Shown piece by piece: positions 24,025 to 26,270 of a stretch of 26,270 nt of DNA. The notes below the pieces were generated by a model. It was not told the DNA's origin. It saw only the letters and a program-made list of their open reading frames with translations, and did no database searches. This DNA comes from Armatimonadota bacterium (GTDB lineage: Bacteria > Armatimonadota > UBA10988 > DTZQ01), in contig DTZQ01000493.1 in assembly GCA_012961305.1 (NCBI GenBank), positions 1 through 26,270 of the forward strand, written 5' to 3'. The position numbers and the translations under genes are program-made. Within the stretch, counting starts at the first letter, position 1, and every line of letters begins with the position of its first letter.

Positions 24025-26268
24025 TTAGTTTTTTTCGCCGTTCCCCTCCGAATACCTTCCTCCCCTTTGCACCCATTCCTCCCCCTCCTGGCGGAAGCGG
24101 GTTTTGTACCGCAGGTCGAGGGTGCGCCAAATCAGAAATTGCTTGCGAATCCCGTCCAGAAACCGCCGATTGACCCGCTGCCAGTCCGCGTGCTCCCCTT
24201 CCTCCCGGTGGATGAACACGTGGATTTCGTACAGGTCTTTTTCCTCCGGCATGGGTTCGGCCTCCAAACGCACCGCCTGCTTCACCCCCAGGTCGTAGGG
24301 AGCCAGCCAGACCTCGGCCTCAATGGCGTAAATAAGGGCCGAGGGGGGGCCTCCTTTCCCTCTTGCTCCGCCGGCGGAGGGAGCCAGGGAGAGGGTGGCC
24401 CCCTGGGTGTAGAACGTGCCCACGGACTCTTCGGTGTACAGGGCGAAGTACTGCCGCAGGTAAGCAAACAGGCCGAGGACTTCCAGGCGGTTGACGGTGA
24501 AGGGGAAGTCAAACCGCCAGTCGTCGCCCTCCGGTTCCGGCATCTCCCAACGTCGGGTTACGTCGGGCACGCTCAGTTCACTGGCCTTCCGGGCGGGGTA
24601 AAGCGTGGACAGGAGTACCGTAGCCATGACGATGAGGGTGGAAAAGACCGCGCTGAGGGAGGAGTAGTTCAGGTTCAACCCCGGCAGGACGCCGGTAAGG
24701 GTGACGAACTTGGCCACCACCTGCCCCAGCAGATACCCAACCATCGCTCCCAGCAGGGCGTAAACTGCCGCCTCCCCTAAGAACAGCATGGCGATATGGT
24801 TGGGAGCCAGGCCCACGCTGCTGTAAATGCCGATTTCCCTCACCCGCTCATATACGGCGCCAATCATGGTGTTGAGCACAATCAGGGCCGCAATGAGGAT
24901 GGGAATGAGCAAATCCGTCAAACCTCCGAAGGCAGTGGTGGCCACCGAACTGTAGGTCCACACCTGCTCACCCATTCCCACGTAGAGAGTTCGGGCCAGC
25001 CGGGCCAGGAGGGTGTCCACGCTTTGGGCCAGGGCCTGTGCATCGGCGAAGCGCGCGGCGATGGAGTGCAGGGTCCCCGTTCCGCGCAGCAGGAGGGAGC
25101 AGGGCACGATGACCGTCCGGGCGGGGTCCACGTGGGAGAAGGACTGGGCCAACTGCTTGGTTTCGGTGCCCGCCTGGCGGCTGCGCTGGATGGCTGTTTT
25201 GTCCTCTGGGGAGAGGAGCGAGAAGTCGGCGGGGGTAAGCGGCTCGGCATCTAAGTCCTCTATGGCTCCCAACTTCTCCGCGTCAAACAGCCCCTTGACC
25301 GCGAGTTCCCGCCCGAACAGGGTTACTACCCCACCCACCTCCACCTCCAGTTCTCGCGCCAACTCCAGAGGCAGCAGACAACTCTCCTCCTCCTCGGAGG
25401 CGAACCATTCTCCCTTTATCAACGTCTCCCCTACCCCCGTCACCAGCGGCTCGCGCGGACTCAGTCCCAACACGCCCAGGGCATCGGCCACCTTTCCCTC
25501 CGGGGTCCTCACCTCGGCGTACACCTTTTGGGTGAAGTCGGACAGGGTGTACCAAGCCCGCGGCACCACCACCGCCGTCGGTTCCAACTCCTGGCGCAGG
25601 TACTCGTAGGCCACCCGGTCTAAGGGCCACCAGTTCAAGTCGCGCATCAGGAAGCCCTGATAAGAGGGACGGTTGGGCTGGAGGATACGGTTATAGCGCA
25701 GGCGCGTTTTGATGGAGGTGAAGGAGAGTACGGTGAAGGTCAGCAGGATGATGGTCACGCAGGTCAGGCCGGTGCGGGCCTTGCGGCGGCGCATGTTGGC
25801 AATGCCCAGGGAAAAGGCCACCCCTAAGGCTCCCAGGCGTCCCACGTCGCTGGCGTAAACGCCACTCTGACTCCGGCGCACTTTGGTCATCTGCTCCTCA
25901 AAACGGTTGGAGATAATGCGGGTGACAATCAGGCTCAGGGCCAGGGCCACAAAACCCAGCAGGATTATTTCCGGGGCATGGGTCAGTTGGAAGGCGGGGT
26001 GAACTAAACGCAAAATCAGGTAGAAACTGAGGAAAATCCCCGCGGTTCCCAGGATTTGCTTCTGAATGGTGGCGAAACTGAACAGCAGCCGCTCGGTGAA
26101 GAAGGAAAAGGGCAGCAGGAGTAGCAGGTAGAAGATTATGCCCCGCACCACGTCCACGCTGGTGGATTTCGTGTCCGGGTAGGCCCGCGATTCCAGGCCC
26201 AGGGCTTCCCGGCTGAGGGTAACGAACCGGCTCCATTGGCGCTGCCGACGGGCTTCTGCGGCCTGACG
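24025..26268 (-). CDS. Large FtsX-like permease, C-terminal part (5' end outside window)
   Basis: The frame stays open upstream of 26157 to the window edge (RQAAEARRQ...ESRAYPDTKSTSVDVVRG). FtsX segment IAALIVLNTMIGAVYERVREIGIYSSVGLAP and N-terminal TM cluster ending ANMRRRKARTGLT. Confidence 0.85.
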   Translation of the reverse strand, partial: RQAAEARRQRQWSRFVTLSREALGLESRAYPDTKSTSVDVVRGIIFYLLLLLPFSFFTERLLFSFATIQKQILGTAGIFLSFYLILRLVHPAFQLTHAPEIILLGFVALALSLIVTRIISNRFEEQMTKVRRSQSGVYASDVGRLGALGVAFSLGIANMRRRKARTGLTCVTIILLTFTVLSFTSIKTRLRYNRILQPNRPSYQGFLMRDLNWWPLDRVAYEYLRQELEPTAVVVPRAWYTLSDFTQKVYAEVRTPEGKVADALGVLGLSPREPLVTGVGETLIKGEWFASEEEESCLLPLELARELEVEVGGVVTLFGRELAVKGLFDAEKLGAIEDLDAEPLTPADFSLLSPEDKTAIQRSRQAGTETKQLAQSFSHVDPARTVIVPCSLLLRGTGTLHSIAARFADAQALAQSVDTLLARLARTLYVGMGEQVWTYSSVATTAFGGLTDLLIPILIAALIVLNTMIGAVYERVREIGIYSSVGLAPNHIAMLFLGEAAVYALLGAMVGYLLGQVVAKFVTLTGVLPGLNLNYSSLSAVFSTLIVMATVLLSTLYPARKASELSVPDVTRRWEMPEPEGDDWRFDFPFTVNRLEVLGLFAYLRQYFALYTEESVGTFYTQGATLSLAPSAGGARGKGGPPSALIYAIEAEVWLAPYDLGVKQAVRLEAEPMPEEKDLYEIHVFIHREEGEHADWQRVNRRFLDGIRKQFLIWRTLDLRYKTRFRQEGEEWVQRGGRYSEGNGEKN

Positions 26269-26270
26269 CA

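Overview
GC-rich bacterial window with two convergent blocks; no rRNA, tRNA, CRISPR array or transposase was found. Plus-strand block (53-11696): a tightly coupled cluster of modC (TOBE/SARN) and four ModA-fold proteins, all with cysteines at or near the ligand-binding segments. One lacks a signal peptide, one is near-canonical, and two are lipoproteins with a VPCG...SC pair, one of these fused to a thioredoxin-like domain. The cluster also holds an ABC-2 exporter pair, a DUF318/ArsP-type permease, two small thioredoxin-like proteins, a MerR-CW-thioredoxin fusion regulator behind a perfect TTGACA-N17-TATAAT promoter, two DGC-domain proteins, a GlpF-type aquaglyceroporin and a stand-alone lipoyl domain. 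I read this as a possibly undescribed thiol-based metalloid/oxyanion trafficking system (inference). Minus-strand block (11779-26268), in transcription order: a 5'-truncated large FtsX-like permease, a frameshifted remnant of a secreted CARDB-like gene, a 1324-aa secreted CARDB plus beta-rich protein, a 930-aa protein with six FN3-like modules, an OPT-like transporter, a CbcL-like 7-heme-c/cytochrome-b fusion, and a 14-heme lipoprotein built from repeated diheme modules. Intergenic DNA contains a GGAG-type REP-like family with compensatory base changes and a nested ~220-bp repeat composite. All product calls come from motif recognition by eye; no database searches were run.
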